A stretch of DNA of 64,000 nt, taken from positions 1,280,001 to 1,344,000 of the forward strand of contig CBDFJF010000002.1 of assembly GCA_965248265.1 (NCBI GenBank), given 5' to 3'. Shown piece by piece: positions 8,913 to 17,573 of the stretch; position 1 is the stretch's first letter, and each line of letters begins with the position of its first letter. The notes under the pieces were generated by a model that was given only the letters and a program-made list of their open reading frames with translations, was not told where the DNA came from and made no database searches. The stretch is from Candidatus Latescibacterota bacterium (GTDB taxonomy: Bacteria; Latescibacterota; UBA2968; UBA8231). A program made the position numbers and the translations under genes.

Positions 8913-10409
8913 ATGCTTGTGAAAAACGGTGGACCTGATGTGCCTCTGGACGAGGCGGTTCTGTTTCCCTTTGACAAGTGGAGCATGCCTTTGCGGTATC
9001 GCCTCAAACACGGGCTTGTATCGGCTACAAACCCGTACCGGCCGCATGAAAGGGTCCTGCTCAGCGGCGATCCCCAAGACCCTGACGGCCTCGGAATGCA
9101 CTACTACGGCACGGTCATTCGCATCGGCGACGAGCTGAGGATGTGGTATGGCGGTGACGGGGACGACGGTACCGTTAAAGGCACGCGCATGTGTTACGCC
9201 GTGAGTACGGACGGCATCAACTGGGAAAAGCCGGAATTGGGTCTGGTGGAGTTCAACGGCACCAGAAATAACAACCTGGTGCAGTTCGACAGCGAGCACA
9301 GCGCCAACATGGGCTCGATTCTGGTCGTTCACGATCCTGAGGACCCCGACCCTGATCGCCGTTTCAAACTGGTGAACGAGGTCCACCCCTTTTTGAATAT
9401 CGCAGCGTTCAGCCCGGACGGGTTGCACTGGCGGGAATCAGAGCACAATCCGGTCCTCAAGCACAACGCCGTGGAACCCGGTGGCCTGATGAAATACGGC
9501 GGCTGCTTTTACCTGTCGGGCCAGGGGGGAAACGTCGGCACCAAGCGGGCCCTGGTGACCTACATCTCTTACGATTTTGACCATTGGAGCGATGCCGTAG
9601 CCGTTGGCTTGAGAAAGGATATTCCCCCCTATCCGGCCAAACCCGGTCCCCACGCGGGGGAGCAGGTACATCTGGGCGCCAGTTACTGGAACCGCGGCAA
9701 CGTCATCCTCGGCATCTACGGACAATGGCACGGGGAGTCGAACGACCGGGGGTTTATTTCCATGGACCTTGGCCTGGTGGTAAGCCACGACGCTCTCTAC
9801 TTCGACGAACCGGTACCCGACTTCACCCTCATTCACGGGTACGAGATCCTGTCGACGAAACGGAAGGACATGGTGCGCGCCCCCAAAGCGGAACAGGGCC
9901 AGGGCTTCGAGAATATCGGGGATGAGACCCTCATATGGTACTGGGGATGGGAGGCAGACTTCATCTGCGTCGCGCGATGGCCCCGCGACCGACTGGGTTA
10001 CTTCGAAGTCGTCGCCGACCCCAAACCCGATCTGCTCATGCCGGAAGACACCCACACCATGTTCTGGAACCGGTACAAAAACCTTCCCATCGACCAGACT
10101 GATCCCCATACGGTCTCGTGCCCGATTCGCATCGACTCTCATGCGACGAGTATCGCCGTGAACGCGGACGGAATTTCCAGTGACTCCTTCCTCAGTGTCG
10201 AAGTGCTGGACGAGCAGTGCCGTCCCATCGAAAGGTTGTCGGGAGATGCCGCCGCCACCATCCATGAGCCCGGATTGCGCCAGACGGCGGTATGGACCCG
10301 CGGGGAGGCCATCGACCTGGCGGACCAGACGATCCGCGTCAAGGTCACTTGGTTGGGCAAGAGGCCTGAAGATACCCATCTGTATGCTTTGTATGTAAAC
10401 GAAAATTGA
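8913..10409 (+). CDS. Putative five-bladed beta-propeller glycoside hydrolase-like protein with C-terminal beta-sandwich
   Basis: YYGTVI..LRMWY, YAVSTDGINWEKPELG, DPDRRFK, SPDGLHW; paralogous to 29310-30752 and 31820-33412. Confidence 0.6.
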   Translation: MLVKNGGPDVPLDEAVLFPFDKWSMPLRYRLKHGLVSATNPYRPHERVLLSGDPQDPDGLGMHYYGTVIRIGDELRMWYGGDGDDGTVKGTRMCYAVSTDGINWEKPELGLVEFNGTRNNNLVQFDSEHSANMGSILVVHDPEDPDPDRRFKLVNEVHPFLNIAAFSPDGLHWRESEHNPVLKHNAVEPGGLMKYGGCFYLSGQGGNVGTKRALVTYISYDFDHWSDAVAVGLRKDIPPYPAKPGPHAGEQVHLGASYWNRGNVILGIYGQWHGESNDRGFISMDLGLVVSHDALYFDEPVPDFTLIHGYEILSTKRKDMVRAPKAEQGQGFENIGDETLIWYWGWEADFICVARWPRDRLGYFEVVADPKPDLLMPEDTHTMFWNRYKNLPIDQTDPHTVSCPIRIDSHATSIAVNADGISSDSFLSVEVLDEQCRPIERLSGDAAATIHEPGLRQTAVWTRGEAIDLADQTIRVKVTWLGKRPEDTHLYALYVNEN

Positions 10410-11380
10410 CACCTGACATCCTTCTGGAATACAGGCAGCTGGGAAATTCGGGGGTCAAGGTATCGCCGATCTGTCTCGGGACCGGATTCCGGGTACAAGA
10501 GGACGACGCCCTGTGCGAGCGCGTCGTACATCGGGCCTTGGAATTGGGCTGCAATTTCATAGACAGCGCCAATTTCTACGGCTATGGACGTTCCGAGGAG
10601 ATCGTCGGCCGGGCGTTGAAGGGCAAGCGCGACGACATCGTGATCACGAGCAAGGTGTTCGCCAGAATCGGTCCCGGGCCGAATGACACCGGCCTGTCGC
10701 GCTATCACATCATGCGCGAAGCTGAGCGCAGCCTCAAACGGCTTCAGACCGATCGCATCGACGTCTACCTGCAGCACGACATCGACAGGGATACACCGCC
10801 GGATGAGATCCTTCGCGCTATGGACGATCTGGTGAGACAGGGGAAGGTCATCTACACCGGCAGCTGCAACCATCCTGCGTGGCGCCTGATGGAACACATC
10901 GGCATCAACCGCGCCGAAAACCTGGGGCCCCTCACGGTGACCCAGAATCCCTACAGCCTGCTGGAGCGCCATCAGGTGGAGGGGGATTTGATGGAGGTGG
11001 TCAGGAGGTACGGGCTGGGATTGATGACCTACAGTCCGCTGGCCGTCGGGCTGCTGACGGGGCGATTCAAAAAGGGGGAGGCGCCCGCCGGGACGCCGTG
11101 GGCCGGCAGGGGCGAGGACCTCGACTCCTTCATGACGGACCATGCGCAGTGGGTGGTGGACAAACTGACGCAGGTCGCGGCGAGAATCGGCAAGACACCT
11201 GCCCAGACCGCCCTGGCGTGGGTTCTGGATCATCCGGAGGTAACCGCATCGATCATTGGACCCGATACTCCGGAGCAGGTCGACGACATGATGGGTGGAC
11301 TCGGTTGGGAGCTGCAGCCTGAAGACCGGGAGACGTTGGACGCGATCTCGGAAATTCCGAGACCGCGCCACATTGCGTAG
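10406..11380 (+). CDS. Aldo/keto reductase
   Basis: EYRQLGNSGVKVSPICLG, FIDSANFYG, SLKRLQTDRIDVY, YSPLAVGLLTG; TTG start overlaps upstream TGA. Confidence 0.93.
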   Translation: MTPDILLEYRQLGNSGVKVSPICLGTGFRVQEDDALCERVVHRALELGCNFIDSANFYGYGRSEEIVGRALKGKRDDIVITSKVFARIGPGPNDTGLSRYHIMREAERSLKRLQTDRIDVYLQHDIDRDTPPDEILRAMDDLVRQGKVIYTGSCNHPAWRLMEHIGINRAENLGPLTVTQNPYSLLERHQVEGDLMEVVRRYGLGLMTYSPLAVGLLTGRFKKGEAPAGTPWAGRGEDLDSFMTDHAQWVVDKLTQVAARIGKTPAQTALAWVLDHPEVTASIIGPDTPEQVDDMMGGLGWELQPEDRETLDAISEIPRPRHIA

Positions 11381-11430
11381 ACCAATCCGGCACTCGACCT
11401 AATGTCAGCTGAAGTAGAAACGAGGCTCAG

Positions 11431-12375
11431 ATGATCAACGTTGCACTGATTGGCTGCGGCAGCCGGGGTTTAGACGAGCTGCGACATCTATCCACCTTCG
11501 AGGATGTTGAACTGGCGGCCGTGTGCGATCCAGCGCCAGAGGCGCTGGCACAGGCAGCCGGCGAATTCGGCATCGAGCGCCGCTACGAGTCGATCCAGCA
11601 GATGCTGGATGCGGGCGGAATCGACGCCGCGTTCGTGACCACACCGGCGCACCTCAATGCGCCATCAGCGCTTCCCTGTCTCGAAGCTGGAGTGCATACC
11701 CTGCTGGAAAAACCGCCAGGGATGCATGTTGAGGAGACGATCCAGCTGCGCGAAGCCGCCGAGTGTTCCGGAGCAAAGGCGATGATCGGTTGGCAGCGGC
11801 GCTTCAATCCCTTCATCGTCGAAGCGCGTCACCAGATTGAAAAGCGCGGTCCCATCGTGCAACTGGTCGGGGAGTTTCACAAGAGCATGGCCAACTTCGA
11901 GGGCAGCGGACGCTTCCCGGAGATTGTCATGGACAGGATGCTCATGGAAACTCCCATCCACGCCATCGATTGCGTGCGGGCACTGGCCGGCTCCGACGTG
12001 ACGGAGGTCCACAGTATCGTCAAACGCCGGTTCTCGAAATACAACGATGTGCACGCGGCTCTGGTGCTGTTCGAAAACGGCTGTGTGGCGCAGATCTCCG
12101 CCAACTACACCACCGGCCTCCGGCTGGAGCGCTACGAGATCCACGGACGAGAGATTTCCGCTTATCTGGAAGGGATCAAGGGTGGCACTGTGGTCGTTGA
12201 CGGAGAGAGACGGGAGTTGACCTCTACTGGTGACGCCATTCGCGCCAAAGACCGGTTCTTCCTCGATTGCATCCGTGAAGATCGTCCGGTCGGTCTGCCG
12301 GGGGCCAATCTGGACGAAGCCGTCAAGACGATGGAGCTTGCTGAAGCCATTCTCGCCGGGCTCCGAGACGGCTGA
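11431..12375 (+). CDS. Gfo/Idh/MocA family oxidoreductase
   Basis: VALIGCGSRG, LLEKPPG, GWQRRFNP, IHAID. Confidence 0.9.
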   Translation: MINVALIGCGSRGLDELRHLSTFEDVELAAVCDPAPEALAQAAGEFGIERRYESIQQMLDAGGIDAAFVTTPAHLNAPSALPCLEAGVHTLLEKPPGMHVEETIQLREAAECSGAKAMIGWQRRFNPFIVEARHQIEKRGPIVQLVGEFHKSMANFEGSGRFPEIVMDRMLMETPIHAIDCVRALAGSDVTEVHSIVKRRFSKYNDVHAALVLFENGCVAQISANYTTGLRLERYEIHGREISAYLEGIKGGTVVVDGERRELTSTGDAIRAKDRFFLDCIREDRPVGLPGANLDEAVKTMELAEAILAGLRDG

Positions 12376-12403
12376 TCGAGACTATGCCGCGGCCCGGTGC
12401 AGC

Positions 12404-13222
12404 TTATGTCGCCAGTGTATCCCGGATAAAAGCAACGGCGCGGGCCTCCCGGTCTTCGCCGGGGGCTCCCGCTCCCCAGTGTTCCGGGCAGATCAGGCCG
12501 GTGTAACCGGAGTCCCGCAGTTTTCGCACCAGTCCGGCAACTTCGCATTCGCCTTCGCCGGGAAACACCTCTTCGAAGCTTTCCCAGTTTCCGATCTGAT
12601 CGCGAACGTGGGCGAAGTGGATGCGATTCTGGAAGTCGTCCATGATTTGCGGCAGGTTGTCGCCGGCAAGCTGGCCGCCTGGACAGAACGTGATGCCGAT
12701 GTTCGGGGTCGGGATGCCCTCACACATCTCCCGGTAGGTTTCGAACCCGTGGAACATGCCTGGCCGGCTGACCCAGGGGTGTGAGGCGATGTTGAAACCC
12801 ACTGCCGCGCAGTGGTCACCAAGTTTTTTATAAAAGCTGGAAACGCGAGCAAGCTGCTCCTGCTTCTCTGCCGCGTCTTCAGAGGCACTTGGAATGGCCC
12901 AGAACAGCATCGAGTCAACTCCTGCCTCCGCGAGCACTTCGACGGTGTGGTACAGGGCTTCTCGTTCCTTTTCCCCGTCCGTCTCACCGAAGAACATCGC
13001 ATCTGAGTAGCGGGCACCCAATACGCTTGGCACTTCGACATCGGCGCTTCGCAATTCGTCCAGCACACGGTGCAGATGGTCGGTGTCCGGTACTCCCTCG
13101 TCCTCAAATCCGTCGATGACGTTGCAGCCCAGGCAAACTCCGTCGGCACCCACATCCTTGCAGCGCTGTACCAGCTCCGCAGGGGACTGTTCCCGATTTT
13201 GAGCATGGATGCCGATCTTCAT
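12404..13222 (-). CDS. Sugar phosphate isomerase/epimerase (xylose isomerase-like TIM barrel, UxuA-like)
   Basis: IGITFCPG, IHFAHVRD, EVFPGEG, GYTGLICPEH; ATG 13222 overlaps exbB stop (ATGA). Confidence 0.75.
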   Translation of the reverse strand: MKIGIHAQNREQSPAELVQRCKDVGADGVCLGCNVIDGFEDEGVPDTDHLHRVLDELRSADVEVPSVLGARYSDAMFFGETDGEKEREALYHTVEVLAEAGVDSMLFWAIPSASEDAAEKQEQLARVSSFYKKLGDHCAAVGFNIASHPWVSRPGMFHGFETYREMCEGIPTPNIGITFCPGGQLAGDNLPQIMDDFQNRIHFAHVRDQIGNWESFEEVFPGEGECEVAGLVRKLRDSGYTGLICPEHWGAGAPGEDREARAVAFIRDTLAT

Positions 13223-13968
13223 GAACTCTCCTGTTCCGCCTGTTCCTTTTGTCCTGCCATGATCAGGGTGTTCGAAAACGCGTGTCCGTACACCTCCACT
13301 CGCGCCTTGCACGAGTCCGCCTTGCCGGCCAGGTACCGGTACGCCAGGATCGTCGGGATCGCGACCACCAGCCCGGTCGCCGTCGTGCCCAGGGCCTGCG
13401 ATATCCCTCCGGCTACCACTCTCGGATCTCCGGTCCCGGCCTCTGCGATGGATTCGAATGCGATGATCATACCCATGATCGTTCCCAGCAAACCCAGCAG
13501 CGGACTGATATTGCCGATCATCTGCAGTATGGACAGATGTTTTCCCAGGTAACCTTTCAAGGCCTCCTCGGTCTCGATCACCAGTTCATCCTTCAAGTCC
13601 GTCAGCGCCCTCTCCATCACCAGAAACCGTGCCACCTGGCCTCCTCCTCCGGCCTCCGACAGACGGATGATCTGGTCGTGCGTCCCCTGGAATTCCCGCT
13701 GCTCCATCATCAGGACGTCGTAGCGCTGCAACAGAGATGCAAACACAAAGTTGAGAACTCCCTTTCCACGATTGCACTCCTCAACCACCGCATCCCCTCC
13801 TCTGCTGACCAGTGAAGCTTCCACTTGGTCCAGTTGCTCCTGGGCTCTCTCGCGGTTGGGAAGGCCGCGGAACACGAAGAAGCGCTCAATGATGAAGGCG
13901 AGGGAGAAGATGGCGCACCCGATCAGGGGTACCATCACCGGCCCTCCGCTCTGAATGACTTCCAACAT
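13219..13968 (-). CDS. exbB: MotA/TolQ/ExbB proton channel family protein
   Basis: GGPVMVPL..IIER, SPLLGLLGTIMGMI, GGISQALGTTATGLVVAIP. Confidence 0.9.
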   Translation of the reverse strand: MLEVIQSGGPVMVPLIGCAIFSLAFIIERFFVFRGLPNRERAQEQLDQVEASLVSRGGDAVVEECNRGKGVLNFVFASLLQRYDVLMMEQREFQGTHDQIIRLSEAGGGGQVARFLVMERALTDLKDELVIETEEALKGYLGKHLSILQMIGNISPLLGLLGTIMGMIIAFESIAEAGTGDPRVVAGGISQALGTTATGLVVAIPTILAYRYLAGKADSCKARVEVYGHAFSNTLIMAGQKEQAEQESS

Positions 13969-14265
13969 CCGGATTTCTCCTTTGGTGGTATTAAGTTCTG
14001 GCCTCTACTGCCGGACGCCGCTCACAGCATCCGCAACGAGCACGATCTGGCCCCGCCAATGTAACCGAAATAGAGGAGATTTCAAACGTCCAATGTCAGC
14101 CCGGCGCTGCAGTCGGTTCCATGCAAGGCTCTGCGAGCACATGGGGTCCGGACCGGCGCTCAGGCACAGATGTATAGGGGAATCTCAACTGCCGTGTCAA
14201 GCGGGGCCAGCACACGGGCTGGAGGCAGTCCTGGCATCCTCTACCAGACACGACCTATTATCCGC

Positions 14266-14547
14266 GTCATGCTCGCCTGCCTGAAGACCCCGCAGACCTA
14301 TCACCTGATCGGTCGAGATGAACTCGCCGTGTCACCCGCGGTGGCATCATCGACGAAGACGCTGGGGGAACCGCCGCCACCGGGCAGTCCGCACTGGGGC
14401 CTTCCCAATCTGATCTTCACACCGCACCAGGCCGGCGTTTCTCAACATCGCAAACGCAAGCCCTTTGAATTCTTCTGCGAGAACCTCGACCATTACCTAA
14501 AAGGCGAACCACTGCGAAACGTCGTCGACAAGAAGCGTGGATTCTGA
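14266..14547 (+). pseudogene. 3' remnant of D-2-hydroxyacid dehydrogenase
   Basis: LACLKTPQTYHLIG, then VTRGGIIDEDA in another frame (14331-14363), then EP..SPHW.LPNLIFTPHQAG..ENL..YLKGEPLRNVVD; intervening conserved segments absent. Confidence 0.75.
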
Positions 14548-14562
14548 CACGGAGGCCCAACT

Positions 14563-15750
14563 GTGAAAATCACCGATCTCAAATGCGCCATCATCGGCCA
14601 CAACCCCGTTGTCCGGATCACGACGGATGAGGGAATCGAAGGGTACGGGCAGGCCGAGAGCCCGAAGAGGTACCTCAAGCCACACGTCCTGTTCTATCGA
14701 GACCATGTCCTGGGGAAGGATCCTACCGATGTCGAGCGCGTGATGTCGTCGATTCGCCGACTCGGCGGCTTCAAGCCGTGGGGAAGCGCAGTCAGCGCTA
14801 TCGAATTCGCCCTGTGGGACATTGCCGGCAAAGCGGCAGGTGTGCCGGTCTACAAGTTGCTGGGCGGCAAGGTGCGCGACAAGGTCCGCGTTTACAACGG
14901 CGCTGTCCGTCCGCCGTTGGAAGGGATTACGCCAGAGCACTACGCCGACAACATGCGTCAGATGAAAGAGTCCCCGGAGAACTTCAGCATCATCAAGCAG
15001 GGAGTCGCCTTCCACAGCCCTATGTCCACGGAGGTTCCCGACTTCTTCTACGGGGATCACGTCGACGCCCGCTTCCATCCGAATAGGGGCTTGCTGACCG
15101 AGAAGGGCTTCAAGCACTTGATGGCCTGCATAGAGGCGACGAAGGATGTGTGCGGCGACGAAGTCGGGCTCGCCCTGGACGCCGGGCCCGGGATGATGGC
15201 CCCGGACCTGTTGCGCCTCGCCAAGGAATGCGAACGTCTCAACTTGATGTGGATCGAAGACGCCCTGACTGGTGATTATGTCCCGTATGTGCTACCGGAT
15301 GTGTACCGGGACGTTACGATGGCCACATCGACGCCGATCCACACGGGCGAGCAGATCTACCTGCGCCAGAACTTCAAGGATCTGATCGAGCAGAAAGCCG
15401 TCAATGTCATCGGTCCCGATCCGGCCGACATCGGCGGCATCGCGGAGTTGAAATGGGTTGCCGAGTACGCCGACCTGCACGGCATTCTGATGGCGCCCCA
15501 CGGCACCGCCGACGGGCTCATCGGTCTGGCGGCGTTGGTTCAAGTCTGTGCTACCCTGCCGCCCAACTTCATCGCCTTTGAGTATCCGACCGGCAACCCG
15601 GAATGGTGGTATGACATCATCGACGGTCTCCCCGATCCGATCGTCACCGACAGCTATATCGATGTCTGGGATACCCCCGGCCTGGGGGTATCATTCAACG
15701 ACAAGGCGAAAGCCTATCTGCGAGAGGAAGACGCCGACTTCTTCGATTGA
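14563..15750 (+). CDS. Mandelate racemase/muconate lactonizing (enolase superfamily) enzyme, probable acid-sugar dehydratase
   Basis: TDEGIEGYG, SAIEFALWDIAGKAAGVPVYKLLGG, metal ligands in LDAG/IED/TGE, PGLG. Confidence 0.92.
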   Translation: MKITDLKCAIIGHNPVVRITTDEGIEGYGQAESPKRYLKPHVLFYRDHVLGKDPTDVERVMSSIRRLGGFKPWGSAVSAIEFALWDIAGKAAGVPVYKLLGGKVRDKVRVYNGAVRPPLEGITPEHYADNMRQMKESPENFSIIKQGVAFHSPMSTEVPDFFYGDHVDARFHPNRGLLTEKGFKHLMACIEATKDVCGDEVGLALDAGPGMMAPDLLRLAKECERLNLMWIEDALTGDYVPYVLPDVYRDVTMATSTPIHTGEQIYLRQNFKDLIEQKAVNVIGPDPADIGGIAELKWVAEYADLHGILMAPHGTADGLIGLAALVQVCATLPPNFIAFEYPTGNPEWWYDIIDGLPDPIVTDSYIDVWDTPGLGVSFNDKAKAYLREEDADFFD

Positions 15751-15756
15751 CAGAAT

Positions 15757-17529
15757 TCACCCTTTGGGGTTGAGCCGGACGTGGCGGCACGTCGGGTTCA
15801 GGCCTTCGATGAAGGGACCCACCGGGACTTCATCACCGGGGTACGGACGGCCGAAGTAGTCGAGCGTCAACAGCTCGTGCCGGGGAACCGTCGGGATCCC
15901 ATCGGTCGCCGTCGACCAGTCCAGGAGCTGGGCTTCGGAATCGATCGCCAGGTCGAGCTGGACCGTGGCACTGTTGGCGTCCAGACCGGATTTCTGCCAC
16001 TCCTCCAGGCTGAAACCCTCGCCCATTCCGGAGAGGATGTTGAAGTCGGAGACATTCCCCATTCTCTCGTAGTCGAACGCCACGCCGCACCCTACCAGGA
16101 CATTGTTGATCACGTCGTTGTCCTTGCAGACGCCCACCCGGTCCCGAGACTCCGTCTTGCGCATGTGGACGGCAGCGTAGTCGCAGTTGACGACCAGGTT
16201 GTGCGCGATCAGCAGCTTATCACAGTCCCGTGCGTACAGACCGCTGCCCACGGACACGTTGTAGATGATGTTGTGGTCGATCAGGTTGACGACGTTCGAA
16301 GCCTCGAAGAAGATCGCCCCGTTGAATGAGGCGATGTCGTGCAGGAGATTGCGGCTTACCCGGGAGTTGACGTTCACGAAATCGATCCAGATGGCCGATG
16401 AGGCGCGAATGTCGTGGATGTGATTGCACTCCACCACCGTGTCGCGCAGCAAGAGGATCTTGATGCCGGCCGTCTCCTGGTAGGACTGCACGTCCTGCCA
16501 ACCGCAATGGTGGATGTGGTTGTCGGCCACCAGACCGCGCGGGACCACGGTTCCCTGGATGCCGCCCGTGCCGCAGTCGTAGACGTGATTGCGGCGCGCT
16601 ATATGATCCCCCCGCTTCTCGTAGATCTCCTCGCGGTCCTGGTCCTCAGCGCGCTCGTCGGTGTAGCCACCGATCTCGATGCCGACCGAATTGATGTGAC
16701 GGACGGTGTTGTCCTCGATGATCCAGTGGTGACCGCCCCACGTCGCCAGAGCGCCATTGCCAGAGCGGATGAAGCCGTTGCCGGCGTGCTCGATGGTCAA
16801 TCCTTTGACGCAGATGTACCCCAATCCGGTCACCAGTGGGTTGAACACGAACTGCCGTGTTGTCGCCTCGATCTTGCAGGTGTGTGGATTGCGGTCGTCG
16901 AAGGGACTGATGTACAGTTTGCGCTCTTCAGCGTCGATCCAGAAGGTCCCGGGCACCCGTGGTAGATCATGGAGAGTGCCCAGCTGGGTCAGCCGGCGCC
17001 CGTCCTGGAAGACCATCGCCCGGGGCAGTGCGTGCGGCACCACCCCTTTCGACCCGCGCGCCCAGCGCATGAGCTCGAAGTCCTCGTCGGTGGTGTTGAC
17101 GACGGCGAAGGGATGATCGCCTTCGAAGAAGGACGCGGGAGGCTCCGTCACCCACACGCCGACCGAGTTGGGTGACCCCGTATTGTCCCAGGTGGCGTCC
17201 AGCACCTGCGAACCGCTGAGAATGGGCTCGGCCCCCGGGGCGGCCTCGTAGCTGATCATCCCATCCGGCCCAGTGCCGCCGCGTCGCGGCTGCACCAGTT
17301 CGCGGTAGATACCCGACTTGATCAGTACCTTCTCGCCAGGTTGAACAACCTCGGCGGCCGCCTGAATGGTGAGAAAGGGAGCTTCTTCCGTTCCCGGATT
17401 GTCGTCGGCTGCGCCCGGATGTTGCTGATCGACGTAGTACGCCTTGGTGTACGCCGTTTCATCGTGCCATTGCTGGAACTCGGTTCCGTCCGGTAGAAGG
17501 ATCGGTTCATCATTCGACTGTATGGCCAT
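15757..17529 (-). CDS. Right-handed parallel beta-helix protein (DUF1565-like N-terminus)
   Basis: DDNPGTEEAPFLTIQAAA, GIYRE, repeated N-H-I-H-D and IWID rungs; no signal peptide. Confidence 0.8.
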   Translation of the reverse strand: MAIQSNDEPILLPDGTEFQQWHDETAYTKAYYVDQQHPGAADDNPGTEEAPFLTIQAAAEVVQPGEKVLIKSGIYRELVQPRRGGTGPDGMISYEAAPGAEPILSGSQVLDATWDNTGSPNSVGVWVTEPPASFFEGDHPFAVVNTTDEDFELMRWARGSKGVVPHALPRAMVFQDGRRLTQLGTLHDLPRVPGTFWIDAEERKLYISPFDDRNPHTCKIEATTRQFVFNPLVTGLGYICVKGLTIEHAGNGFIRSGNGALATWGGHHWIIEDNTVRHINSVGIEIGGYTDERAEDQDREEIYEKRGDHIARRNHVYDCGTGGIQGTVVPRGLVADNHIHHCGWQDVQSYQETAGIKILLLRDTVVECNHIHDIRASSAIWIDFVNVNSRVSRNLLHDIASFNGAIFFEASNVVNLIDHNIIYNVSVGSGLYARDCDKLLIAHNLVVNCDYAAVHMRKTESRDRVGVCKDNDVINNVLVGCGVAFDYERMGNVSDFNILSGMGEGFSLEEWQKSGLDANSATVQLDLAIDSEAQLLDWSTATDGIPTVPRHELLTLDYFGRPYPGDEVPVGPFIEGLNPTCRHVRLNPKG

Positions 17530-17573
17530 GTGTACCCGCTTCTCCCATCGTCATGTTTTGGAGTCTGAATTTG

